Shown in pieces: positions 19,100 to 28,381 of a stretch of 64,000 bases of DNA. The position numbers and the translations under genes were made by a program. The stretch lies in sequence record MN871449.1; one strand, written 5' to 3'. The notes under the pieces are model-generated. The model did not search any database and had not been told where the DNA came from. It worked only from the letters and a program-made list of their open reading frames with translations. Within the stretch, counting starts at the first letter, position 1. Each line of letters begins with the position of its first letter.

Positions 19100-20698
19100 A
19101 TGAAGATTGAGCAACCGTGGGAAGGTGAATTCCCAGAACCGGGCAGTTTTAATCTTGTTTTATTCTGCGACGGCGGAAGTAATACCCAAACGTTACTTTC
19201 TGGCTGGGGCATTCACGGATATTCGTACCCGGTTGCGGACAAGAAAGAAGCGAAGATTAAAAAGGCTAAGGGTGCGTTTACTAACATCGGTTATGTCGAC
19301 GGTAGACAACACCGGTGTAAAGATGTCGTCACTAAGGCAGATGAAGAGACGGGCTTCACTGGGCAGGTAGATAAAAACTATCTTATCTTACACGCCGATG
19401 AAAATAAAACGGTGAAGCCTGTCAACCCCATCAGCTTTATTGATGCATACGGTGGTCAGTACAAAACCAGTAATAACTTTACTGAGTTAATGGGGATGTT
19501 AAACAGTCTCACAATTGTCAAAGAAAAGAGCCCAAAAGAGTCTGTTATTTTTGCGGACTCGAAATATGTTTTAGAAGGGTTACTTTTCTATCGTGTTAAC
19601 TGGGAAAGAAACGGTTGGTTAACTGCTGACCGTCGACCTGTCCAAAACAAAGATCTTTGGCAATTGCTCTGTTCTCTCTTCGACAGTATTGTTGAGGAAG
19701 GGAAAACCAGAATGTTATTTGGGTATATCCCAGGTCACGCTGGTTATACAGGGAATGAACGTGCTGATTACAACGCCAACCGCGGAATGATTCTGGAACG
19801 CGATGAACCCGGTAAAACCGTTTATCTCATTTCAGACCGTAAAGGATACGTACAAAACACCAAAACCAGTAATCGCTTACTGGAACAACGTTGGTGGTAT
19901 GCGTTAACTGACCGGACACATTACAAAGTTGACTATGACGATCGCTACGTTTATTTCTTCGGGAACCACGGTAACGACACCGAAGTCGACATGATCGGTA
20001 AGGCCACTGCCACTGCTAAAGTAGCCATCCTCTTCGCTAAGGAAAAAGAACCTGTCCTGGAATTACTCGGAGAGTTTCTGAAGAGCCGGTACTACGACGG
20101 CACTCAGATCATGACGCTGGGTCATCTTGAAAATATCCTTAACGCAGATCGATACGTCAGTCTGATACAGGACAAACGTTCTGTCTTATGGGACGACGCC
20201 GAGAAGAGCACTATCCGGTCTCCGGATAAAGTTGCGCTTATTGAGGAGCTGAGACCGACCTTTTTAGGTTTCCGTCTGTTGACGCGGTTTGAGACACTTC
20301 TGACCATGTTAGGATACGGGTTTACAGGCAAGGGAAAAACGACGATCACGGATATCACTTCATACTGTGTGAAGACGACCCAAGAAGGGAAAAAGAAACC
20401 TGTTACAAAACCCACTGAGGCCATGGACCCGCCGAATAAGGCAATTTCTGTTACAGCTAATTACCAACTGGCTGACGGGACAACAGGGAAAGCCACAATC
20501 AAATTAAAAATAGGACAAGATATCCCGTTAAGGAATACGGTCAACGCGTTGGGTTCTGAAGACCTCAGAATACGCGTCATCACATGGCCAGATGGCACGC
20601 GTGCTTTCCGTTACGCCACGTTAATGGAAGTGGACGGTGACACGCTGTTTACTGCGTCGCTCAATTCTAACCTTTTTGAGATCACGGGTAAACTATGA
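19100..20698 (+). CDS. rnhA: Ribonuclease HI with a long C-terminal extension
   Basis: FCDGG, NNFTEL, ADSKYV, NKDLW and GHAGYTGNERAD give the full D-E-D-(H)-D catalytic set. Confidence 0.9.
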   Translation: MKIEQPWEGEFPEPGSFNLVLFCDGGSNTQTLLSGWGIHGYSYPVADKKEAKIKKAKGAFTNIGYVDGRQHRCKDVVTKADEETGFTGQVDKNYLILHADENKTVKPVNPISFIDAYGGQYKTSNNFTELMGMLNSLTIVKEKSPKESVIFADSKYVLEGLLFYRVNWERNGWLTADRRPVQNKDLWQLLCSLFDSIVEEGKTRMLFGYIPGHAGYTGNERADYNANRGMILERDEPGKTVYLISDRKGYVQNTKTSNRLLEQRWWYALTDRTHYKVDYDDRYVYFFGNHGNDTEVDMIGKATATAKVAILFAKEKEPVLELLGEFLKSRYYDGTQIMTLGHLENILNADRYVSLIQDKRSVLWDDAEKSTIRSPDKVALIEELRPTFLGFRLLTRFETLLTMLGYGFTGKGKTTITDITSYCVKTTQEGKKKPVTKPTEAMDPPNKAISVTANYQLADGTTGKATIKLKIGQDIPLRNTVNALGSEDLRIRVITWPDGTRAFRYATLMEVDGDTLFTASLNSNLFEITGKL

Positions 20699-21072
20699 TC
20701 AAAATACTTTTAGCGGTCTTCGGACCTAAACTCTTTACGACGAAAGGTCGACGTGTTTTAATATTGGGTTCTTTTTACACGCTACTTTCTGGTCGTTCGG
20801 GTGGATGTCAACGATTAGCTTCGAGTATGAATCGTCGCTTAAACTTGACAACGGATTCCAAAGGATTATTGCTAGGTACAATTCTCCCTGAAATTCTTTG
20901 GGATGAAAAACAGTGCGAAGCGATTAGAACCTTACCGCACGAAAAGGTAGCTAATTACTTCGAAGAGATGATCCCCCGCTGGTTAAAAGAAGGCGTGGAG
21001 GATGGCGAGTTCACACTTCGTCAGGAACTGAAAAATATTGTCAACATGCATTCGTTGTCGGCAGTGTCATAA
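20695..21072 (+). CDS. Conserved hypothetical protein
   Basis: 125 aa, ATGA overlap with the RNase H stop. Confidence 0.7.
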   Translation: MIKILLAVFGPKLFTTKGRRVLILGSFYTLLSGRSGGCQRLASSMNRRLNLTTDSKGLLLGTILPEILWDEKQCEAIRTLPHEKVANYFEEMIPRWLKEGVEDGEFTLRQELKNIVNMHSLSAVS

Positions 21073-21075
21073 AGT

Positions 21076-21108
21076 GAGAATGGGAGAGGGTTGACCTCTC
21101 CCATTCTC
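21076..21108. terminator. Bidirectional terminator hairpin
   Basis: GAGAATGGGAGAGG-GTTGA-CCTCTCCCATTCTC. Confidence 0.85.
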
Positions 21109-21114
21109 TTATGT

Positions 21115-21987
21115 TTATTTTGCTAAAGCAATCAGTTTCTCAGCAGTTTCATCCATTGCCGTCCGTTGGGATTCAACGTAGGTGTAAGTCGCTGCGTAAA
21201 GCTCCGCCATTTTCGCCATCTGGAAAACGACCTCGGTCAGATCGTTAATGGTCTTAGCATTAAGACGATAGGGTAAGTTACTGTCCTTGATTTGTTTAGA
21301 CAGAGTTTCCAACATCTCTGCACAGCGATCAACGGTGCCTTTCACGAGGTCCAAATTACCCTTATGGAGTGCGGTAGAAATCTCTTGGGTCTTAGCGTAA
21401 ACCTTAACCGTATCACCGTTACGTTCGGTACATTCACCGTAAGCGCGAAGGTTAGTTTTCACATTCCCTTTCAGATAAGCGGTCAACGACTGAATGTGAG
21501 AATCAATGTCAATTTGACTGATACGATTCACTGTCCCTACGGTAGTGAATTTTTCTGGGTCAGTAATGGCGACTGCCAGGAATTTTTCAAACGGATTCAG
21601 GTAATCGTCGTAAAAGTCCACGGAGAATTTCACCGGGAGTCTCCATGAATCCAGCAGTTCCAGCCAGGTACCAGATAAACCCGGAACCACTTGTACACGC
21701 TGACCGGTGATATCCGCGTACAGTATAGAATCCAGTGCTTTTTCCAGTTTGATCTGTTGACTGGTTTTAGGTTTCGCGCTGTCTTTAAAATCGCTCAGTT
21801 TATCAACTGGACTGCTAAAGCGCCCCGCAATTTTATTCAGGAACCCAGCAAAGCGATCGACGACACCCATCGCTGCCCGTTGGATAGAGAGCGCTTCGTT
21901 ACTGGGCGTGGAGTGGACAGGGATTTCTTTGGTCATTGCAATAATGGCATTTTTTTCAGCGTTCAAATATTCCATTGAGAATGGCAT
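21115..21987 (-). CDS. Putative internal head protein with N-terminal propeptide
   Basis: S-x-E sites (SME, SNE|ALS) are followed by an amphipathic basic helix, as in processed phiKZ-like head proteins. Confidence 0.55.
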   Translation of the reverse strand: MPFSMEYLNAEKNAIIAMTKEIPVHSTPSNEALSIQRAAMGVVDRFAGFLNKIAGRFSSPVDKLSDFKDSAKPKTSQQIKLEKALDSILYADITGQRVQVVPGLSGTWLELLDSWRLPVKFSVDFYDDYLNPFEKFLAVAITDPEKFTTVGTVNRISQIDIDSHIQSLTAYLKGNVKTNLRAYGECTERNGDTVKVYAKTQEISTALHKGNLDLVKGTVDRCAEMLETLSKQIKDSNLPYRLNAKTINDLTEVVFQMAKMAELYAATYTYVESQRTAMDETAEKLIALAK

Positions 21988-22093
21988 GATCTATACCTTA
22001 TGTAGTCAGTAATCTAAAGAGCGTTAACATAAAATTAAATACCTTCCTTAATTGTAATGAAGACAATTCATAAAACAGAACCAAGGATTATCA

Positions 22094-23509
22094 ATGAGCG
22101 GATTTTCACTGAGCCCGGCGGGTGTCATGAGCGAAGATAAGAAAGCCGATGCCTCTACCCCTAAACTGAACACCAACTGTTTGTTTGATCATTTCTCTGG
22201 TCGTTACGTCGAAGGCGAAGCCGGGGAAATGTATTTAAACGGTGGGGTGGCGAATATCAACGCCGTCGTAGGCGAGAACAACCAGTTTAAATCGACCCTG
22301 GCTGATTTCATGATGTTACAGCCTCAGGAACTGTACTACGATGCCGTCAACAGCTTTTTCTACGAGACCGAAGGCTCTAAAGATATTGAAGGTTTAGGGT
22401 ACCGTGCTGCCAGAATGCCGCGTATCACCGAACACGGCCTCGAAGAGAATGAAAAGTTTCTCTTCACTAACATGTTAAAAATGTCCGGGAACGACTATTG
22501 GGACGTCCGTAAAAAATACGGCGAAATGAAAGTCGATAAGAAAACGAAAGTCCCTATGTTGACCACTCCGTTCCCTAACCATGACGGACAGCTGATCAAG
22601 ATGTATCCGCCAACCATGGAAGAAATCGATTCCTGGTCAATGATGTCTTTTGACGCCATTGAAGAAAAATTTGGCGATAACGAAATCGGCTCGAAAGACA
22701 ACAACATGATCTTCATGAACGACGGGCGTTACAAAACCCAGATCATGATGCAGATGCCAGGGCTCAATGGCCGCCATTCGTTCTATTCCATGTTAACTGC
22801 CCATATCGGGGCGAAAGCGAATATGGACCCGAATGCGCCTCCGCACAAAATCATGGCCGACCTCCAGTCCGGTAAGACGATCAAGAACGCCACCGAAAAA
22901 TTCACCTTTATTCCGAATAACATGTGGTTTGTTCACGGTCGTTCTCCGCTAACTGACGGCTCGCGTCTTCCGCTTTACGGTCGCGGTGAAATGGGATCGA
23001 AGGAAGACAAAGACCTCGTTAAAGTGCGTTGTATGAACCTGCGCGGTAAATATGGTCAATCCGGTGCACCGTTTGAGCTGGTCTTCTCTCAGGCAGAAGG
23101 CTTACTCGTTCACTTAACTCAGCTACACTACCTGCGCGAAACGAATAAGTATTACGGGATGGGTAGTAATACAACTAACCTCTCTCTGGCGATCTACCCG
23201 GAAGTATCTTTCACGCGTAACGCCGTCCGTGACAAAATCGACGACGACTATAAACTGCGCCGTGCGTTAGAGCTGACCTCTGGTCTGTGTCAGATTCGTA
23301 ACTTCATGTGGAAACTGGAAGGTTATGCGATGACCCCGCCAGAGATCTTCGAAAAGATCAAAGAGCAAGGTTACGATTGGGACGAGCTGTTAGGGGAAAC
23401 TCGCGGCCATTGGCAGTTCAAGGAAATCAAAGAAGAGAAACATTTCCTGAGCAGCTATGACCTGATCAGAATTGCAATGGGTAAATACAAACCTTACTGG
23501 AAACAGTAA
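22094..23509 (+). CDS. uvsX: UvsX/RecA-like recombinase
   Basis: YLNGG...GENNQFKST Walker A variant, IDSWS Walker B region, LTAHIG and KGKYGQSG-like motif, typical of the phiKZ UvsX family. Confidence 0.8.
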   Translation: MSGFSLSPAGVMSEDKKADASTPKLNTNCLFDHFSGRYVEGEAGEMYLNGGVANINAVVGENNQFKSTLADFMMLQPQELYYDAVNSFFYETEGSKDIEGLGYRAARMPRITEHGLEENEKFLFTNMLKMSGNDYWDVRKKYGEMKVDKKTKVPMLTTPFPNHDGQLIKMYPPTMEEIDSWSMMSFDAIEEKFGDNEIGSKDNNMIFMNDGRYKTQIMMQMPGLNGRHSFYSMLTAHIGAKANMDPNAPPHKIMADLQSGKTIKNATEKFTFIPNNMWFVHGRSPLTDGSRLPLYGRGEMGSKEDKDLVKVRCMNLRGKYGQSGAPFELVFSQAEGLLVHLTQLHYLRETNKYYGMGSNTTNLSLAIYPEVSFTRNAVRDKIDDDYKLRRALELTSGLCQIRNFMWKLEGYAMTPPEIFEKIKEQGYDWDELLGETRGHWQFKEIKEEKHFLSSYDLIRIAMGKYKPYWKQ

Positions 23510-23529
23510 TGTAGCTATCGAGGTGTAAC

Positions 23530-23817
23530 ATGGTACGTCAAGAAGCACGTTTTCACATGACCATGTTACTGTCGCAGTACTCGCACGGCGTGGCGAATTT
23601 GTTTGATCGCAAATTTAATCACGAAGAGCGAGTACGCTCCAGTAATCGGGTCGAGATGCAAGAGATCAATGCGTTCTGGGAGAAGGAACTAAAAACCATC
23701 TCTCCGAGAGCGTCTCGTAATGTTCTACAGATTTCAACCGATAACGGCATCGATGCCTGGCTATCGGATTTCTCAGACCGTGTCCTCCCAGATATTATTT
23801 TCCGTTGGGGTAAATAA
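23530..23817 (+). CDS. Conserved hypothetical protein
   Basis: GAGG SD, 95 aa, TAATG coupling to the next gene. Confidence 0.7.
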   Translation: MVRQEARFHMTMLLSQYSHGVANLFDRKFNHEERVRSSNRVEMQEINAFWEKELKTISPRASRNVLQISTDNGIDAWLSDFSDRVLPDIIFRWGK

Positions 23818-24302
23818 TGGCACGGTTCAAGGTGATGGTTTCGGGTTGCCGTCATTACCGTAACTATTACCAGTTTGCAAAACATATGGATAAACTCACG
23901 TCTCGGTTCCCCCCAGAAGAAATTGTCATTCTGGAAGGCGGTGCTAACGGGACGGATTACCTGGCGTTCCTATATGCATTACGGAGAGGACTCCGTTGTT
24001 TAACCTTCCCAGCAGATTGGGACGGAAAGGGGAAAGGCGCAGGATTTATTCGTAATGCCGAAATGATGGCAGTGGCTACACACTGTGTAACGTTCTGGGA
24101 TGGGGAATCTAAGGGGACAGGTGACGTGGTTCGCCGGATATCCGAATACCGCGTTTCCCATCGCAGTATCACTATTCCTAAAGAGGTTAAAAATGAAAAA
24201 CCGCGTCGCCGCCACAGCGGTTTGCGTAAGGCTGATGGAAGAACTCTTTCCCGGATCAGGAAACGCCATGCAAATTGGCAAAGATCTGGAAGCACTGAGT
24301 GA
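23817..24302 (+). CDS. YspA-like SLOG (DUF2493-type) protein
   Basis: VMVSGCR, EGGANGTD, FPADW..GKGAGFIRNAEM and FWDGESKGT motifs. Confidence 0.8.
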   Translation: MARFKVMVSGCRHYRNYYQFAKHMDKLTSRFPPEEIVILEGGANGTDYLAFLYALRRGLRCLTFPADWDGKGKGAGFIRNAEMMAVATHCVTFWDGESKGTGDVVRRISEYRVSHRSITIPKEVKNEKPRRRHSGLRKADGRTLSRIRKRHANWQRSGSTE

Positions 24303-24864
24303 CGAAGAGTTTGACGGCATCATGGAAGGTATCCGCCAAGGAAAACCCATGATCTCCGCTACCTTACCTAACCTAACGTCACCAATCTACGACAACGCCC
24401 ATCTTAAGGCCGTGGCAAAACGCTGGGGTGTGGAATTCTTCCAGTACCTTGAAATGGAAGACCCGGAAACGAAAAAGGTCTTTACTACGCCTGTTCGCTA
24501 TATGGTCATTCGTGAGGGCGTTATTCGCTTACAGCAGATGATCGAAGATAAGCAGAGTATCCCCGACGATAATACACACGTGGATGATCTCACTGGCCAG
24601 GTGACGGGTCCGTCGAAAGGCTCACGTATTTCCTTCCCGGAACTCAACAACATTGAATCCCTGGGCGGTAATGTATTAATCCGCGAACTGATCTCGGTAC
24701 GTGGAGGCGATGAAGGCGCTAACCAGAAACTGGAAACTGATATCTCACTTACCGGTGAAGGAACTGTGGCAAACGCCAAAGAATGGGGTACAGGCGTTAC
24801 TGCCACGAAAAACTTCGCCACGCTCCTGCGTACCGCTCACCTCGACACCACGTTGGATAAATAG
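24193..24864 (+). CDS. rpoB: Virion RNA polymerase beta subunit, C-terminal part (phiKZ gp149-like)
   Basis: RLQQMIEDK...HVDDLTGQVTGPSKGSRISFPE and ELISVRGGD align with the beta C-terminus. GAGGT SD before ATG 24193. Confidence 0.8.
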   Translation: MKNRVAATAVCVRLMEELFPGSGNAMQIGKDLEALSDEEFDGIMEGIRQGKPMISATLPNLTSPIYDNAHLKAVAKRWGVEFFQYLEMEDPETKKVFTTPVRYMVIREGVIRLQQMIEDKQSIPDDNTHVDDLTGQVTGPSKGSRISFPELNNIESLGGNVLIRELISVRGGDEGANQKLETDISLTGEGTVANAKEWGTGVTATKNFATLLRTAHLDTTLDK

Positions 24865-24866
24865 CC

Positions 24867-25343
24867 ATGATCAAAGAAGAAATTGAAATTCTCTCTGGCC
24901 AGGCACATCAGTTCACACTGGCTTTTAAGAACGACCTGAAAGACCCAACTGACATTGATGTCTTTACCGGGTTTGTATCGCAATATTATTCCGTAACTGC
25001 GCAACCGTTACTGGTTACCCGTGATCAGTTAATCTCGGTTCAAAATGAGATTCATTCCCGAGATATACTGGTTAACTACGTATTTGGTTTACGGTTCTTT
25101 GCATTGAGCCCATTCACGCGTAAAGAACTCAGTCAGATCATTGACTCGTTTGCTAACGCGTCAGCGAATCGACCGACGCAGTCAGAAATACAAGACCTTT
25201 CTGTTGTCCCTAATGACGCTCAGATGTGGACTGTGAAGTTTAACGAAATCCTCTCGCTCTACGAGGCGAACACGTGGATCATTCCCTTGATGTCCCTTGG
25301 GTTTGTTTACCCGAGTTTCACTGAACTGGGTGAACAGGGATGA
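24867..25343 (+). CDS. Conserved hypothetical protein
   Basis: 158 aa, directly after betaC. Confidence 0.7.
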   Translation: MIKEEIEILSGQAHQFTLAFKNDLKDPTDIDVFTGFVSQYYSVTAQPLLVTRDQLISVQNEIHSRDILVNYVFGLRFFALSPFTRKELSQIIDSFANASANRPTQSEIQDLSVVPNDAQMWTVKFNEILSLYEANTWIIPLMSLGFVYPSFTELGEQG

Positions 25344-26041
25344 GACCACTACGTATCCATCTCAGATTAGACGATCTACTCGACACCCGGATGTCGGTGG
25401 CATTGAGTCTTAATTTTGACAAGGCCGTTAACATGATCGCCAAGGGTTATGGCCGGCGCCGTGGTGATTGGGTGATTTGGGAAGGTCTGGGTATTACCGA
25501 AGAGGCATGGAGAAAGGCTTATCGGGGACGTGATTCCGAGATCCTGAAGAAATCGGTCAGATCGAAATTGATCGGGGTCATTAAGGAAATTATTGAAGGG
25601 TCGGAGCAAGGTCCACGTATCTCGCCTACAGACCTCAACGTTTCCGTAACGGTAAACGAATACCCGTATCGACTCACCAATAACGTCAGGGAGTCATTGT
25701 CCAAGGCCATCAAAACGTTCCTTCACCCGCAGACCAAAATAGATTGGGTGAGAAAAAGCGATAAACAACTGACCCCGCAATCTGTAGCCAGTGATTTTAC
25801 GCATTTTATTCATTACGATATTATTGGCTGGCTGGAGGAGCATATCGAGACACAGGAGTCGGTCAATCTTCTTAATACAGAATTGATTGGTCCAGCGTTA
25901 TTCCAGACCAAACCGAACGTTGAAGATTTTGCGTATTTTAAAGATCTTCTTGATGACGTTCACCAATTGTCTGAACAATATGTCTCCCCTTCCTGGACGA
26001 TCAGGTTTATCAGTGTTGAATATTTCAATGCCCCCTTTTGA
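25340..26041 (+). CDS. Conserved hypothetical protein (LDDLLDTR motif)
   Basis: 233 aa, ATGA coupling to the upstream gene. Confidence 0.7.
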   Translation: MRPLRIHLRLDDLLDTRMSVALSLNFDKAVNMIAKGYGRRRGDWVIWEGLGITEEAWRKAYRGRDSEILKKSVRSKLIGVIKEIIEGSEQGPRISPTDLNVSVTVNEYPYRLTNNVRESLSKAIKTFLHPQTKIDWVRKSDKQLTPQSVASDFTHFIHYDIIGWLEEHIETQESVNLLNTELIGPALFQTKPNVEDFAYFKDLLDDVHQLSEQYVSPSWTIRFISVEYFNAPF

Positions 26042-26045
26042 TTAT

Positions 26046-26073
26046 AGACAGAGAGGGATTCCCCTCTCTGTCT
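26046..26073. terminator. Bidirectional terminator hairpin
   Basis: AGACAGAGAGGG-ATTC-CCCTCTCTGTCT. Confidence 0.85.
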
Positions 26074-26079
26074 TATGCG

Positions 26080-26607
26080 TTATTCATCTTCTTTCATCCG
26101 TTCGAAGAATTCTTCACTGCTTTCTTCCCGGCGCGTCAGTTCCAGTTCTGATTCATTGATATCAGGGAACTGAGCCCTGACGTCACGATTGAAAACGGAA
26201 GGGTCGCGTTTCGGTTTCTCTGCCAACATTTTTTCCATCGGGGCCCCGTTGGTGCTACGACTCACTTCCATACTGAAGCGTTCCAGCATTTTAGCCACGT
26301 TATTAATGTTTGCGGCGGTCTCTTCTTTCTTGGCTGAGATTTTCTTCTTGCCTAGTTCCTGACGGTCAATACCATCTAACGCATCTTTCAGGATGCTCAT
26401 CTGGTCTTTGTCATTAACTGGAACCTTCCCGCCTTTGATAATCTCATTGACAATCAACGCACGGACATTCTGGGTAAAATCCAAACGATCATCGCTGTCT
26501 TGCGGCATTCCGTCGGCAGGTCTGGCGCTCAGGACTTCACCTTCTTTTTCTTCCGGGATAGGTTCAAACTCTTCGACTTGCTCATACGCGGCCATGTTAA
26601 ACTCCAT
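26080..26607 (-). CDS. Hypothetical acidic/helical protein
   Basis: 175-aa ORF. Confidence 0.7.
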   Translation of the reverse strand: MEFNMAAYEQVEEFEPIPEEKEGEVLSARPADGMPQDSDDRLDFTQNVRALIVNEIIKGGKVPVNDKDQMSILKDALDGIDRQELGKKKISAKKEETAANINNVAKMLERFSMEVSRSTNGAPMEKMLAEKPKRDPSVFNRDVRAQFPDINESELELTRREESSEEFFERMKEDE

Positions 26608-26620
26608 TATTTTTCAAGAC

Positions 26621-26635
26621 TATATCACCTTATTG
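26621..26635 (+). promoter_or_regulatory. Candidate early promoter TATATCACCTTATTG
   Basis: Second copy of the TATATCAC motif, upstream of gene 26721. Confidence 0.5.
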
Positions 26636-26720
26636 AGAAAGGTTTAAATCTGTTTAAAAAGATGCTGACTTCACTTCTATGTAAAGTAAAATCATTTCAT
26701 AATCAATAACAGGAGGAGTT

Positions 26721-27236
26721 GTGCTTTCGTTCTTCCGCCGCCAGAAATTAGACCCTGTTAAAGCCGCCCTTAAATTAATCAACAAAGGAGAGAAATATGC
26801 CGTTACTCGTGACAACATTGAAACCCTCTATACCGCTATGGCCAAGCTCCGTGAAAGTGTCCCTAACGACGTAGCTTACCGAGAACAGTATGTAGATCTT
26901 TACCGACCATTGAAAGAGTTCACTGATACCGTTAACCGAATAAACGAAATCCTTAGTGAGCATCAGGCCGTTGTAGAGAACTACAATCTGAAACAAGCAC
27001 TCACGCGCTATAAGCTCGACGAGTGGTTAGTTGACCACGAAAAACGCCGCGCTGATTATTATGCGTTTATTGATGTGTTAATCCCTTCCGTTGTCGAACA
27101 TTTGCTTTTGCTCGACCAACTGAAAAAAGGGATGAATAAAAATCAATATCAAGGGATGCTTCTTTCTCTCTATACGGTGCACTGTGATATGTTGTCTATC
27201 GCCGAGGTACACCTACGTTATTTTAGTCAACGTTAA
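26721..27236 (+). CDS. Hypothetical helical protein
   Basis: GTG start after AGGAGGAG, 171 aa. Confidence 0.75.
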   Translation: MLSFFRRQKLDPVKAALKLINKGEKYAVTRDNIETLYTAMAKLRESVPNDVAYREQYVDLYRPLKEFTDTVNRINEILSEHQAVVENYNLKQALTRYKLDEWLVDHEKRRADYYAFIDVLIPSVVEHLLLLDQLKKGMNKNQYQGMLLSLYTVHCDMLSIAEVHLRYFSQR

Positions 27237-27249
27237 AAAGGTCTACTCC

Positions 27250-28005
27250 ATGATCAAAAGCCGAGGAATCCCAGCCCGATTTCGTTTGGCAGAAGAGTTG
27301 CGACGTAACCGTGTAAATGAACACACCGGGCCCATGAACCTGTTATCGCTAATGTTCAGAGAAGTCAGAAATGACCTGAACATTTCGTCGTTATTTTGGA
27401 ATAATCGGTTATCGCAATACGTTAAAGATCCACGGAACAATGTCGTACAGACGAGCCGTGGAAAATCGACAGAACGCAGTAATCTTAACCGTGAGCTGGC
27501 AAAGCAAGAGATGACGCTGCATAACTTCATTCGTGGGATGCGAGTAATTCGCCCCATTAATCTGAAGTTTATTCTTCTCCTCGAACATCGTGACGGAACA
27601 CGAACTTCTCATATCGACGAGATTGACGAAGAAGACCTATACACGGAATATCATAACGAGAAATTCCCAACACGGTATAATGTCCTCCATCGTTTGTTCA
27701 GTGACATTAAACGTCAAATCATCAAAGACGAGGCCGATTGGGCGGAACGTGTTAATCGTTATGTCAATGACCCGTTAAACGGTTTTGTTGAACGTAACCG
27801 GCAGAGTACGGAACGGTCTAACCTGAACCGTGGGATACGGAATGCGGATATGTCCATTAAGGTCTTTACGAAGGCGTTAAAGGTCATTGACCCGTTACGT
27901 GTTTATCTGATGTTAGAACTGACGTTCCCGGACGATGTCGTTACATTCCATGAAGTCAGAATGGACGGCCGGTTCTTGAACGTTGCTGATGACCCGGATG
28001 AGTAG
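27250..28005 (+). CDS. Hypothetical protein built from two tandem homologous domains
   Basis: STERSNLNR occurs twice, 113 aa apart, with flanking similarity. Confidence 0.75.
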   Translation: MIKSRGIPARFRLAEELRRNRVNEHTGPMNLLSLMFREVRNDLNISSLFWNNRLSQYVKDPRNNVVQTSRGKSTERSNLNRELAKQEMTLHNFIRGMRVIRPINLKFILLLEHRDGTRTSHIDEIDEEDLYTEYHNEKFPTRYNVLHRLFSDIKRQIIKDEADWAERVNRYVNDPLNGFVERNRQSTERSNLNRGIRNADMSIKVFTKALKVIDPLRVYLMLELTFPDDVVTFHEVRMDGRFLNVADDPDE

Positions 28006-28014
28006 TCGAGAATA

Positions 28015-28048
28015 AAAGAAGAGTGGGGTCTTTACCCCACTCTTCTTT
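28015..28048 (+). terminator. Terminator hairpin
   Basis: AAAGAAGAGTGGGGT-CTTT-ACCCCACTCTTCTTT followed by ATG (TATG). Confidence 0.8.
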
Positions 28049-28087
28049 ATGCACCTTCACTCTTTTATTTTTTGGAGCGCTCCCGCT

Positions 28088-28381
28088 ATGTCCGGAACAA
28101 ATTCTACCGCTGTAAAAAATTTACTTAAAACGATCGAAGAGGACATTGAAAATTTTTTCAAGGAAGACCGTCACTCGGAAGCGGATGCAGTGTATTTTCT
28201 AGAGCAGTTGAATAACCGTATTTTTAGCACCATTTTCACCAAAGAAGAAAAGATAGAATTCGTCGCCATTGCCGCCAGTCATTTCTACAGCCACGGTTTA
28301 ACCCGATACCGTAACAGGACACCAAAAACCCTTTGGGAGAAGATTCGCTTTATTTTTAGTAAGGAGGACATATGGCGTTAG
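28088..28381 (+). CDS. Hypothetical protein
   Basis: GGAG SD before ATG 28088, 97 aa. Confidence 0.6.
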   Translation: MSGTNSTAVKNLLKTIEEDIENFFKEDRHSEADAVYFLEQLNNRIFSTIFTKEEKIEFVAIAASHFYSHGLTRYRNRTPKTLWEKIRFIFSKEDIWR

